DNA of 64,000 nt. Origin: the human T2T-CHM13v2.0 reference genome, Homo sapiens. The position numbers and the translations under genes were made by a program. Below the pieces are notes generated by a model, which was not told the DNA's origin, made no database searches, and saw nothing but the letters and a program-made list of their open reading frames with translations. This document shows positions 12,754 through 32,959 of the stretch, piece after piece. Location: the NCBI RefSeq assembly GCF_009914755.1, contig NC_060928.1; one strand, written 5' to 3'. How positions within the stretch are numbered: position 1 is the stretch's first letter; every line of letters starts with the position of its first letter.

Positions 12754-13221
<468 letters not shown>

Positions 13222-13558
13222 TAGCTGTTTTATAACCACAACAAACTAGTTCAGAGAATGACCTGTACAAAACACAATAAAGGTTCAAAGATGAAGGCGT
13301 TCCCTTAGCAAGGCTGAAAATGTCCATCTCTGGCATTTGGAATTAAAGCTGCAGTCTTTGGTTTTGGATGGATCTCTGGGTGTGTGGCACAGTCCAGGTT
13401 TTGGGGAGGTGAGAGGAGTCGCCAGATTCCTCAATCTGGAGAGTATAGTGTTGGTGATGACAAGATTTCCACTCTTCTCTGTGGGATTAGGACGGGAGTG
13501 TATTCTCCACCCACCACCAAGCTTAATTGAGGGGGAGATTTCAAGAAGTCTTGTAGCG

Positions 13559-15480
<1,922 letters not shown>

Positions 15481-15577
15481 TTGTTAAAAATCATGTCTGC
15501 TACAATTCCTTTAGCCTTAATTCCTGGACGTAGATTTGTTAGAACAAAATAATTTGGTTTTAAAAATTTTCTGATAG

Positions 15578-15904
<327 letters not shown>

Positions 15905-16354
15905 TTCTGATACATGTCGCAAATTGCCCTTCAGTAAAAGACATGGGTCCTAAATTACATATAATGTTTCACTTAAAAACCTTGATTCAGGTATATGAAA
16001 ACGAAATCCATGTATCTTAGCCATGATCAAGGCAACTTTTGATTTTCACAGGGAAGGAGGAAAATCGTGGGAGAGAAAGTAAGCCATAGAGGAACCCACC
16101 CTGCATTGTGAGGTAATTAACAAAAACACCTTTCGGCAGAGTTAGCCTTAAGAGACGGTGAAGCAATGAAGTTTGCCTGTGGTGCCCTCAAAGTCCTCTT
16201 TCAGTCATTTCTAGTGCCTGGTCCCTCCCATCCAGCCCCTTCCCCCTTTCTTAACTGCATCATTACTCTTGTTCCCATTCCCGACAGGACAGGCACCTCA
16301 TTAAGGCGTTTGTTAATAATAGATAATAGCGATTAGAATGTTAACTCCAAGGCA

Positions 16355-16636
16355 GCTGGGTGTGATGGCTATAATCTCAGTACTTTGGGAGGTCGAGGCG
16401 GGTGGATCATCTTAGGTAGGGAGTTCAAGACCAGCCTGGGCAACATGGTGAAACCCCATCTCTACCAAAAATACAAAAATTAGCCAGGCATGGTGGCGTC
16501 TGCCTGTAATGCCAGCTACCTGGGAGGCTGAGGCACGAAAAATCACTTGAACCCAGGAGGCGGAGGTTGCAGTGAGCCGAGATGGCACCATTGCATTCCA
16601 GCCTGGGCGAGACTCTGTCTAAAGAAAAAAAAAAAA
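16355..16636 (+). mobile_element. AluS
   Basis: TSD GTTAACTCCAAGGCA at 16340-16354 and 16637-16651. Confidence 0.92.
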
Positions 16637-16919
16637 GTTAACTCCAAGGCATATTTACATTTTTTTAGACTTTTGGACTTTTGAAGATCTAAAAGTATGT
16701 ATTTCTAATGTTGGGGATTTGGGAATTCTTACTGTTGGGCATTTGGGGCTAATGGAGATTTCCTGCCACCTCCACAATTGCACAATGTAGGAGGCCCTGA
16801 TTGTCTCCAAGGCCAGATATATTGTTAGGACTTCCTAGATAAGATGGTGGGCCTCATGATTTCTGGGTGAGACATGTGGGTGGTGTTTGTGTCTTTCCTT
16901 AAACAGTGTGCTATAGAGA

Positions 16920-17273
16920 CCCTTTTCTCCAAGTGTGGTCCCTAATCCATCTGCTCAGAATCACTCTGGGAGCTTTTGTTTAAAATACAGATCCCTAGGT
17001 CCTTCTACTTACCTGCATTTTACAGTTTTTTGGGTAATCCTTAGTGATATTAAATTGACTCCTCAGATAAGTTTTATAAATACTAAAGTTTAAGAACTAG
17101 AGCTATAGAGCAGTGGCTGTCAACCCTGGGAGTACATTGAAATGACTGGGGTATTTTTTAAAAACAAATCTTATTGTGATTCATAGGTCATATTCCAGAT
17201 ATTCTGGTTCTATTGGTCTGGAGTAGGTGCCAGGTATCAGTATATCTTAAATTTTCTTGGTTTATTCTAATGC
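16920..17273. mobile_element. Two adjacent MER5-type MITE fragments
   Basis: CAAGTGTGGTCCC...CAGAATCAC...GGGAGCT...AAAATACAGAT; and CAGTGGCTGTCAACCCTGG...ATTGGTCTGG. Confidence 0.5.
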
Positions 17274-19246
<1,973 letters not shown>

Positions 19247-20110
19247 GTAAGAGCCTTTGAATCCTGTACCTCAAAATCTTTGCCTTGCTGTTTCCATTAA
19301 TGTTGGGCTTTTATTTCACAATCCTTACCTGATACTAACTCCCTATTATGAAGAACTGATCTGTAAACCAAAAATAAGATCCCAAGGTCCCCCGGCCACC
19401 TGCAGGGACTTTCTCTTAGGTCAGGGCACTCTAAAATTTAACCTGAAAGACTGGTTCAGGCCATTATGGGAAGTGGGAGTTGACATGCATCATTATACCT
19501 CTTCCGCATTAACATCAACAGACTTTAAGTCTGATAAGAAACATTTACAATCTATTTGCTCTAAAACCTGCTACCTGAAGGCTTCATCCGCATGGGAAAC
19601 CTTTGGTTTCCACAGCCCAGACATTCCTTCCCATTAGTAACTCTGTCAACCAATTGCCAATTAGAAAAAATTTAAATCTACCTATAACCTGGGTTCAGCT
19701 GACCCCCCCAACCCTGATAGCTGTCCCACCTTTCTGGAATGAGCCAATGTATTTCTTGAATGTACTTGATTGAAATCTCATGTCTCCCTAAAATGTGTAA
19801 AACCAAGCTTCACCCTGACCTTGGGCACATTGTTCTCAGGATCTCTTGAGGGCTGTGTCAGAGGCCGTGGTCACTCATATTTGACTCAGAATGAAACTCT
19901 TCAGGTATTTTACAGAGTTTGACTCTTTTTGTTGACACATCTGAATCAAATTTCCAATTCTTTATGAATTCTGACCTCACTTTTCCTCCATCCGAGATGC
20001 TTCCAAAGCACTGTCAAATATTGCTTTCTCTTAGCGCAGTAAACAATAAACTCAGCCTTGTCTTGTCAACGGGTTGTATTGATGACATTTTGTAGCCAAA
20101 AAGTTTGACA
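19247..20110 (+). mobile_element. 3' part of an old ERV LTR (MER110-like), interrupted by MER4
   Basis: CTTGCTGTTTCCA...AATAAACTCAGCCTTGTC...TTTGACA; similar to the host LTR around the HERV-W (37060-37303 and 44791-44935). Confidence 0.5.
19362..19937 (+). mobile_element. MER4A-type ERV1 solo LTR
   Basis: TGTAAACCAAAAATAAG...GAGTTTGACTCTTTTTGTTGACA; TSD GATC/CATC. Confidence 0.85.
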
Positions 20111-20194
20111 TAGGGGGAATTGAGAATCACTGATATATTAGAGAGAATGCTAAAGTTGATGTCAGATGGCTTATTATTATTTTAATTGTCTGGG

Positions 20195-20330
20195 TCCTGA
20201 CTCTATTGCTTATGAACTAGATGACCTTGGTCAAGTTACTTAGCCTCTCTGACTATTAGTTTCTTTTGTAAAAACAAGAGTTTCTGATACCTCACCTTTG
20301 CCTCAGGATCATTATAGGCTTCAAGGAAAA
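20195..20330 (+). mobile_element. MIR
   Basis: TGACCTTGGTCAAGTTACTTAGCCTCTCTG...TGTAAAA core. Confidence 0.6.
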
Positions 20331-21249
20331 TGTCTCTCAAAGTGGTCTGCAACCTGGAAAATTCTTTCTAAATGTAATGTAATATAGATGAACTGACAAT
20401 CATAGGTTACCCTTTTTTTCCATTTAGCCTTTACTTGAAATTCATAACTTACAGTTTTTGAACACCTACTATAGGGTCAGAAAATACATGGCTCTTGGAC
20501 CCTGCCTCCCTTTCTACTGCCTAAAGCAGACATTGTGACTCAAGTGCAGTGGTCATTCAGTAGCAGGCCTGATGACTTCAGATTCCTCCCTGTAACAGCA
20601 CTCTAATGTCACCAATAATTGATTCTCGTTGGCACTCTTGCTAAAACTTATTTGTCATCCTGGCCAATTTAGAAGCAAGGAGAATTTCCTCCCTACACTG
20701 AGGTTAGAATTGAAGACTATTGAAATGAATTGACAATAGACAGATTAGCAGGAAACAAAGTTATACAAATGTATTAACATGAACATGGACATAGGAGTCC
20801 TGCAAATATGGGACTCAAAGAAGAGCCAGATGACTAAAATGTTTATACTATGCAGAAAGATAAAGAAGCATGGAGTGCGGCAACAGGTTATGGGAAGGAG
20901 AAGGTTGGAAAGGCATGACAAGCAAAGGCCGTCTTGTTATGCAAATGAAAATCTCCCAGGTAATCTCAGAGGTGTCCTCACAGAGAACAGATGGTAGCCT
21001 GTGGTCAAAGTTTCTCTTTCAGACCTTTAAAATTGGCAGACTTTTAGTCCCTTTTTCCTGTGAGTTCATCTTTCCTAGATTCAGATAATGCAGAAAAGGG
21101 GGTTCTTGGAGAAAGCCTGTTTGCATTGCTGTTTCTTTCACTAATGTAGATTTCCTCATGGATGCAAATCTCCCCCAAAAAAGACAGATTTTCAGAGCTA
21201 TTTCAGTGTCTGCAGCCCCTGTAAAGCCACATTGAAATATAGCAGAGAA

Positions 21250-21990
<741 letters not shown>

Positions 21991-22472
21991 TTATTTATAC
22001 AATGGCCATTTATTCATTATGTACCATAAGTTCCAAGCTCTTTGATACAAAATAGGTTAAAATGGTTATGCTTTTACCTTATCTGCATGGTTGGTGACCT
22101 TGATGTTAGGTAGGCAAAATTTTACCTCTACTCTCTTAGGGCTGTTTTGGCTGGGCCTGAGAATTAAACTGACATAATGAGGCAGGAGGATCATGTGAAC
22201 CCGGAAGTTCAAGGATGTAGTAGGTTATGATCATGCCCCTGCACTTCAGCCTGAACAACAGAGCGAGACCCCTATCTCTAAAAATAAAAATAAAAAAATA
22301 AAAAAATTTAAAACTAAACTAACATGAGACAGATTAACAGCATAAACACACACAAATTTATTTAATATAAGTTTTATGTGCCATAGGGACCCTCATAAGA
22401 AAATGAAGACCCAAAGAAGTGGCAAAATCTAAATGCTTTTATACCAGGTTGAGCAAAGAAATGCAATTTTGG

Positions 22473-22793
<321 letters not shown>

Positions 22794-22889
22794 CTAAACT
22801 ATGTGAGGAGGCTAACGGAATATAAGGATTATTTTAACAAGGTCTGTTTGTTCAGAATTCTCTTGGTCTCAACTTCCCGTTCTTGATGA

Positions 22890-23631
22890 TGTGGGAAACC
22901 AAAATATGCCACCCCAAAATATACTTCTTTGGCATATTTTGAGTTGGTTATTCAGAGAAACTGTAGAAAGAAATAGCTCAGAAAAACTATCCTTTTGTAA
23001 AAGAAAAATTTACATTTACCCAAATTAGTGAAGCAAATGGGGGATGCAGGAAGAGGCTTTCTCTGAGGTCCTCTTATCCGGATCTAGGAAAGATCAACTT
23101 GCAGGAAAAGAAGACCTAAGGTTTGAAAGGGAAATCTTTACCATGGGCTACCATCTATTCTCTCTGAGGGCTGCTACCTGAAAGGCTTCATCTGCATAAC
23201 AAGCCAGCCTTTGCTCACTGTGAATTTCTTCCCTTCACCCTCCTATAACCTGTCACCACCTCCCCCCAGGAGCTACAGGCTCTATTTCCTTGTGTACGGT
23301 GTAAAAACTTCAGTCACCTGGCTCTTCTTTGAGTTCTCATATTCTGTGTGACTCCCATGCTTACGGATGTAATACATTTTTATGCCTTATTTTTGGTTAG
23401 TCTTTCTATTGTCAGTTTGTTTTTTTTTTCTTAATTAAAAAGAGAGATGAGGTCTCACTTTTTTGCCCAGGCTGGTCCCAGACTCCTGGGCTCAAGTGAT
23501 CCTCTTGCCTTGGCCTTCCAAAGTGCTGGGATTACAGGCATGAACCACTGCACCCAGCTATCAGTTTGTCTTATAGACTCAAATTATCGAACTTTCAGAG
23601 GGGTGGGGAAAAAACTCCCTTCATTCTTACA
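22890..23631 (+). mobile_element. MER34-group solo LTR nested in the opposite orientation; contains an Alu left-arm fragment at 23420-23558
   Basis: TGTGGGAAACCAAAATATGCCACCCCAAAATATAC...CTTACA; TSD ATGA/GTGA. Confidence 0.7.
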
Positions 23632-24949
23632 GTGACGGGAATGTTGCTTTCCTTTGTGTATGGAGGACATTTTTCACATGGAGATTTTGTCTCCTGCTTT
23701 TGGGAAAACAAAGGGAAAAGAGTGCAGTCTTCTTGTGCTTGCTCTTGTGTGCCTGTAATCCCAACTACTTGCTTGAACCCAGGAGGCAGAGTTTACAGCG
23801 AGCCAAGATTGCACCACTGCACTCCAGCCTGGGTGACAGAGTGAAACTCCATCTCAAAAAAAAAAAAAAAAAAAAAAAAAAGTGCCTCTAACTCAAAATA
23901 ATTTATATGCCAAAGTGGCATCTTTTGGGGTGACATATTCCACCACCCTTCACTGTTTATCTGGGGAAATCCTAGAGGGGCTATGTTTCCTGAATTCACA
24001 CATTACACTCCTGAATAAACACAGAGTAAATTTTCTGAGTAAACAAGAAAAGCAGGTGGAGATACCAGCCACAGGCTCTCACCCCTCTTACCAGAGTGGT
24101 CTGCCTGATTTCCAAGGCTGCAAATACACAAACTGATGTCCTTGTATGAGAGGCTTCTTCCTTCTGCTTGTCTCACTCAACCTAAAGGGCACGGCTATAA
24201 TAGAGAAAATGAGTGTCTGCCCTGAACAGCCAAGATAACCTTGAAGGGAATAAATGAACATGCATATTGATGGAGCAATTTGAGTACATATTGATTCCTG
24301 GTAGCTGGTGTCTGTATTCTTAGCTCATATAATAGGTAGTAGGAGTTCTTATAAATAAGCCTACAGAATACTTTTTTTTAAGAAACTCAACCAACCTTTG
24401 GGAGATCTTGTTATTTTTATTTACAAATAATTGATGGAGAATGCAGTGTGGCCTATGGCTTGGTGATTATTGATTTTCAGTCCTGATTAACAGAGCTCAA
24501 AACCTATAGGTGGCTACAGAAACAATCCTGAGCAAACATGATTCCCTACTGGGAAATTAATAATGCAAAAGGAAATTCTCCCAATGAGCGTGCTGTTGGA
24601 AAGGAAACCATGTTGATTTTTCTTCTGGAAGGAGGGGAATACAGCTCTGGAAATTCCTGCTTCATTCTAAATAGGATCAAATGCAAAAACCAGGGACAAG
24701 AGTGAATATGATGGTTTGTGGTATTGTGCTTATATTTCTGTTCAATCAGCAGCAATTGTTAAGTCACTTGCATTTATTTAATATCCATTGCTCACAAAAT
24801 AGCCTTTCAAGATCTTCTTTTTTTCTATCACTGTCGTGTCATGAGGGAGACAGCAAAGTCATATTCTTGGCTGTGCATGCGAACAGAAGGAGGCTGAATC
24901 CATTGGTGTATTCCAGTGGAACAGATATCTAGTGATACTGGAATTGGAA

Positions 24950-25100
24950 CATCCATTCATCCACACATCCATTGTACATTTGCTGAGTGCCAGCCCTGTG
25001 TTTGCATCTGCAGATACATAGATAAACAAAACACAAGCCCCTGGCTTAGAAGCTCACAGTCTTATAGGGGAGAAGGAAAGACAGCCATGTGAGCAAATGT
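24950..25100 (-). mobile_element. L2 3' fragment
   Basis: CATTCATCC...CATTTGCTGAGTGCC...AAGCTCACAGTCT. Confidence 0.55.
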
Positions 25101-25147
25101 AGGCATTCTTATCATCCAAATATAGTCTTTTTAAAAAATCCCCCCAG

Positions 25148-25332
25148 GGCCGGGCTCGGTGTCTCATGCCTATAATCCCACCACTTGGGGAGGCTGAGGC
25201 AGGAGGATTATGAGGTCAAGAGATCGAGACCAGCCTGGCCAACATGGTGAAACCTCGTCTCTACTAAAAATACAAAAATTAGCTGGGTGTGGTGGCGCGA
25301 ACCTACACTAAAAAAAAAAAAAAAAAAAAAAA
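25148..25332 (+). mobile_element. Alu left arm plus ~25 nt of right arm, then poly(A)
   Basis: TSD AAAAAATCC(C/T)CCCA at 25133-25146 and 25327-25340. Confidence 0.88.
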
Positions 25333-25387
25333 TCCTCCCAAAATGTTGGATTGCATATTTTCAGATACAATAACCTATACTCTATTG

Positions 25388-25688
25388 TTTGTTTGTTTAC
25401 TTATTTATTTTTGAAACAGTCTCATTCTGTTGCCCAGGCTGGAGTGATGCGATCTTGGCTCATTGCAACCTCCGCCTCCCAGGTTCAAACGATTCTTCTG
25501 CCCCAGCCTCCAGAGTAGCTGGGATTAGAGGTGCCCACCACCACACCTGGCAAATTTTTGTATTTTTAGTAGAGACAGGGTTTCACCATGTTGGCCAGGC
25601 TGGTCTCCAACTTCTGACCTCAGGTGATCATCCTATTTCGGCCTCCCAAAGTGCTGGGATTACAGGTATGAACAACTGTGCCCAGCCC
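25388..25688 (-). mobile_element. AluSx
   Basis: TSD ACTCTATTGTTT. Confidence 0.92.
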
Positions 25689-26104
25689 ACTCTATTGTTT
25701 TAAATTGGAAAAATAATGTGTCCCCATCCCACCCAAAAATTCCAACCAATTTATCTAAGAATCTTTCAAAACACTTGTAAACACCTATACAACTAGCCAC
25801 CAAAGACTATTGTTTAACATATATAAAAATTTTAAACACGAATTATCTGATTTTTTAAGCATTTAATGAATGCCGTATGGTTTTGCACAGCATATGAAGA
25901 TACTGAAGAGTACTGCGTATGAATTATGTTTTACTTCTGTTGCCAGGAACACTGCCTCAACGCATCCCACTCTGATTTTGCTTATCAATTGACTATGCAC
26001 AGTATTTCTCTAATATGTCATGTCCAGTGAAGCTTTCCAGAACCAACAGCACTTTTGAAATTTTTCTGCATTTTCTCTTGCATAAAAAAAGTAGATGGAG
26101 ATGA

Positions 26105-26431
<327 letters not shown>

Positions 26432-26770
26432 TCGGATGCATTTTTGGTAGACATTTTCACTTACCGTTGTGAGATCTCTGTGAGTGATAATGCATGATAT
26501 GGAAAAACAGAAGCTTGAGATAATGTCCTTTTGGAAGAACAGCTGACATAGAGTAAAATGCAGGGCACTCTACGTTTTTGCCTGGATTTGCATGCATCCT
26601 AAATATGCAGATCTATTGTAATGGATTTCTGATTTGGATAAAGATTATTGGGTGAAAAATTGTGCAAGTCATTATAGCAAATGTTTATAAATTGAGTCCT
26701 CAGATAACAGAGGATATCCATACTTTCAAGAGGGGTGAGCATAAAGTAATGTGGTCACACAGAGTGATGA

Positions 26771-28716
<1,946 letters not shown>

Positions 28717-29639
28717 AGAAAGGTTGGGGAAGATTGTGCAGAAGGGAGAGAGGAGCAAGGAAGATCTGCAGGATGATAGTTCACTAGACAGGCCAGGTGG
28801 AGAGGCAGAGTGGAGGGCATTTTAGGCAGAGAGAAAAATGTGTGCAAAGTCAGAGTGGCAAAACACCCTATCATATTGTGTTCAGGGAAATGAAAGCAGT
28901 TCCATATGGCTGAAGTATAAGGAGCAAGGAAGATGAAATGGAGAGAGAGGCATGGGCCTGAGAGGGAGGGGCCTTATTTGGTCTTTATTCTGGAATAAAG
29001 AATAAATGGATGAACCATAACTGAAGGCCTTTAAGCAAGAGCATGTTAGCATCCCATCTGAAGTTCAGAGAAATACTCTAGCAACGAAAAAGAAACAGGA
29101 TCTGAGGACAGACACTGGAGGGCAGAGATGACAAGGACCCGAGCAAGGGTAGCTGCAGTGCTGATCAAGAAGACAGAATAGACTGGAGAGAGGGCTGAGA
29201 GGCAGAACTGATGGGAGTTCATGGTCTCCATGATAGACAGCAGCTCCTTTGATCCTAATGTCTAGATTAGGAAATCAAGATCAGGGGTTCTTTTTCATTT
29301 AGTATCTCCCAAATCGAACACAGTTCTTGGCAGACACTCAACACTTGGTAAATGGATAAATTCCATTGTTTAGCAAACACATCTTCAGCCAGGAGCTAAG
29401 TGAATGAGTCAAGAAATGAATCAGTGAATGAGTTAATAAATCAAATGACTATTTCCTGGTTAGTTTCTGATGGTCCTCCAAAGCAATTAAAGACTTCTCC
29501 TTCATTTCTACCACTGTCCGCATCACACGGAGAGCAGAAGTCACAGTTGGAATATTGCAATATCCTCCTAACTGATTCTGCAGTCTCTATTCTTTTGCCA
29601 AAAGTCCCAAAGCTAGAATGGTTGTGAAGTGAGGCTTCT

Positions 29640-29815
29640 CAGTTCAGGATTGTCTTGACCTCAGCTAAGCCTCAGCCACTCAACTTTTCCCATCATTTCT
29701 CTCCTCGATGGAAATAATGATTCTTATTCATCTACCTCACACAGATGTTGGACAGATTGATTAGTTAGTGTTCAAAAATTGCTTGGAGGATGAAAAGTGC
29801 TGATTATTATTATTA
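29640..29815 (+). mobile_element. Ancient CORE-SINE (MIR3/MIR1_Amn-like)
   Basis: ATCTACCTCACACAGATGTTG...GATTAGTTAGTGTT...GCTTGGAGGATGAAAAGTGCT tail. Confidence 0.5.
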
Positions 29816-32499
29816 TGTTGTCTAAGAGAAATTCCCTGCCTTTGAAAGGGAGCCATAGAATGGTCACTGACATTTAATTTTAATGCGCTACATCTCACAG
29901 GTGGAATATTTATTTACCAATAAAGAAAAATGTCTCTACATAGAATAGCTCCTTGAAGCCCATTCATCTGTTTTTAAAAGATGGAACTGAATTACCATCA
30001 TGGAATGTAATTTGGGCAACATGGTTAAGGTTGATGTCTAGGCCTTGTGTCAGCAAGGGGTTTGCCCCCTTATCCAGGGGCACTGATGGTAAAAAATGGG
30101 GTTGCCTTTTGTAAGCCAAATGTCACCTCAAATGCTTCTGACATCAACCTAGATCATACGCAGAGTATTGGATGACTGTATATATACGCTGTATATATAA
30201 TTGTTTTTCTTCCTTCCAGAATACTCTGAACTTACAACTTTTCATCTTGGCCAGGAATGAATAATGGTTTCTTAGGAGTATCTTTTTTTCATTTGTTTGT
30301 TTCCTTACAAAGGTGATTTTTATGACTATACCACAGAAAGTTCAATATTGCATAACAACAGCAACAAAAAAGCAAGTGAACATTTTGAATTTTCCTTTTT
30401 TTTTTGGTTTGGAGCTTAATATAAAGTAAGGAAAAGTTGTAAGAAAAGTTTGCATTTAAATAATGGGGAGGGAACTCTTAATTTGAAGTGTGTAAATGTA
30501 GAATTGATGCTGGTGGCTTGGTATTCCAATCTTGATTTGCTGCTAGTTTTCCTCAGTAACTTGGGCTTTTAGTGTGATTTATGCCTAAACTTTTAGAGTA
30601 AAATTTATGAACTGCATTAAGTGCTAAGGAAGAAGCATAAAAATCAGCAATTTGAGAGTCTGGAGCAGTGGAGTGCTGTGTACAAATAGGCTAAATGGAA
30701 ATAATAGGCTAATAGATGCGTTGGAGAAAAGCAAATGGCTTTCTGACATCAAGGAATCAGAGCTTTGGGAAATTCTTTAATTATCGTCTAATTGGCTGGG
30801 TGAGATAGTGTTGCGAAAGATGTATGAAATCAAGAAGTGAGAAGTTTCATTTTAAAATGAAACAGGTTTCTGTAGGGGAACGGTGAAATGTATGGCAGGA
30901 TTTTACTAATGCAATCAACTGGACCAGCGTAGAACATCACAGAAGCCACGTCTTAGGACTTTGCCCAGCAGATGGCAGAAGCGAAGGTTCCAGATCAGGT
31001 GCGTGGGCCTGCGGAGCCATGATCTGTCTTCTAAACCCTGCCCCTGTGGCTGCCCAAGCATTATGGGTGGGGGGGCCCGGCCACTTTGCACTTTTGTTCT
31101 TGGGCTACATCTTGACTTTTCCCGGTTGTGTGCCCGCGTCCTCTTCTTCCCACGTTCGATCTCCAAGATTCCTCTGCCAGCCATGGGGTCCCCTGGGAGG
31201 GTGTCCATGCACTTTTCCTACTGCCTTTTTTCTTTATTCCAGAGCAGTTGCTGTGGACACTCAGCCCTCTTGATTTCTTTTCTATCCAGGAGTGCTAAGA
31301 GACAGCAGGAGTGGGGCCTTGGGAGTGGGGGTTATTGTATAAGCCTCCGAGCCAGGAGTTTAACCTTTACCCTTCGCCACAACCCTATGTGGTAGACAGC
31401 ATTTTCCCTTTGGCTAGATGAAGCAACCGAGGCTCAGGGAGAATCAGGAGCTTGCCGAACGTCCACAGGAAGTTTTCAGAACAGCAATGGACCCTTTTCA
31501 CTCAATATTTCCTGTAACTCTTGACCCTTCCAAATTTCTGCGGCGTTTAAATTCCCTGGTGTCATGTGGATCCATGACCTCTGGAAAGGGTGGTTACAGG
31601 AACTCTAAAGAGGTCTCAGAACATAGAAAACTTTGATGACTCAGGGCAAGGCGAACTCCCCACCCCAGTCCTCCCGGACCAGACAGACAGTGTCTCCATC
31701 AGAGTGAGAGAAGCTGCAGAAGGAGCCGCTGCAAGGAGACATTGTGGGTCTCTGAGAGAGGGAGGCCCATATGCCTCACCTTCCGGGGTGGGCTAGGGGC
31801 TAGGATCGGGTGGAAATGAAAGCCCAGCTGGTTTTAGAGGGCAGAGACGTCCTGAGGAGCGTGGCTGGTGTGGCTCCCAGTGGGGCCTGGGGCAGCCTCT
31901 GCAGCTCAGGAGAGGCCCAAGCCACAGCAGAAGAACCCCAGCCGGAAGGAACCGTGGAGACTCCAGCGAATGTTCCTCCAGACTTCTCAGGTGGCGCAGC
32001 TGAGGACAAGCTGGGAAGGGGAATAGCGCAGAGGGAAAGATCCAGACCACAGCTCCTTCCAGTCCGCCTTGCTCTGAATCACGGCTGCTGCCAAATGCAG
32101 GACCACAGTTTGCTGACAAAAAAGGGTTCTAGGCAAATGCATAACATTTTAGCATCTTAGGGGGGGCTTAGTAATCCCTGATTAAGAAAATGTCGTCATT
32201 ACTTGAAAATACCTTTGATCTATCTATCATTACATATATTAAATAAAATTACTGACCTATTAGAAAACCCAGAGTGGTTCTAAATAAATATTTTCATTTT
32301 CCAAAGAAGAAAAAAATCAAGTCAGATGCCAGTCTGCAACACTGTGACCCCACATAGCCCAATATGTGCCAATATGTGCCAATATGGTGAAACGAGGAGG
32401 AACCATGATTGACTCAGCTAACCTTTCTGCCCCCTAGTGGAATGGGGACTCACTACAGAAATTGAGTTAAGTTAGGGAAACTTCAATTTTTGTAATTAT

Positions 32500-32795
<296 letters not shown>

Positions 32796-32823
32796 TAGGG
32801 AAACTTTAAAGTTTCGGTTTTAG

Positions 32824-32959
32824 CGTTTGGGAAGTGAGGAGCGCCTCTGCCCCACCACTGTGCAACCTTGGAAGTGTGAAGTGACAGCCTTGTGTGTGAT
32901 CTTTTCTGTTTTCCCCAAGTTTGCATTTTCGACTTTAAAGTTTACTTTTTAATAAAAAA
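32824..32959 (+). mobile_element. SVA2 retroposon, 5'-truncated
   Basis: One SVA VNTR unit (TGGGAAGTGAGGAGCGCCTCTGCCC), a non-SINE-R tail (GTGTGAAGTGACAGCCTTGTGTGTGATC...CCCCAAGTTTGCATTTTCGAC...), poly(A), and 16-bp TSD AAAGTTT(C/T)GGTTTTAG. Confidence 0.8.

Noticed and set aside
30915-32160. 144-aa and 116-aa ORFs in a moderately GC-rich segment
   Set aside because: Non-ATG starts, no recognisable domain, no convincing splice structure.
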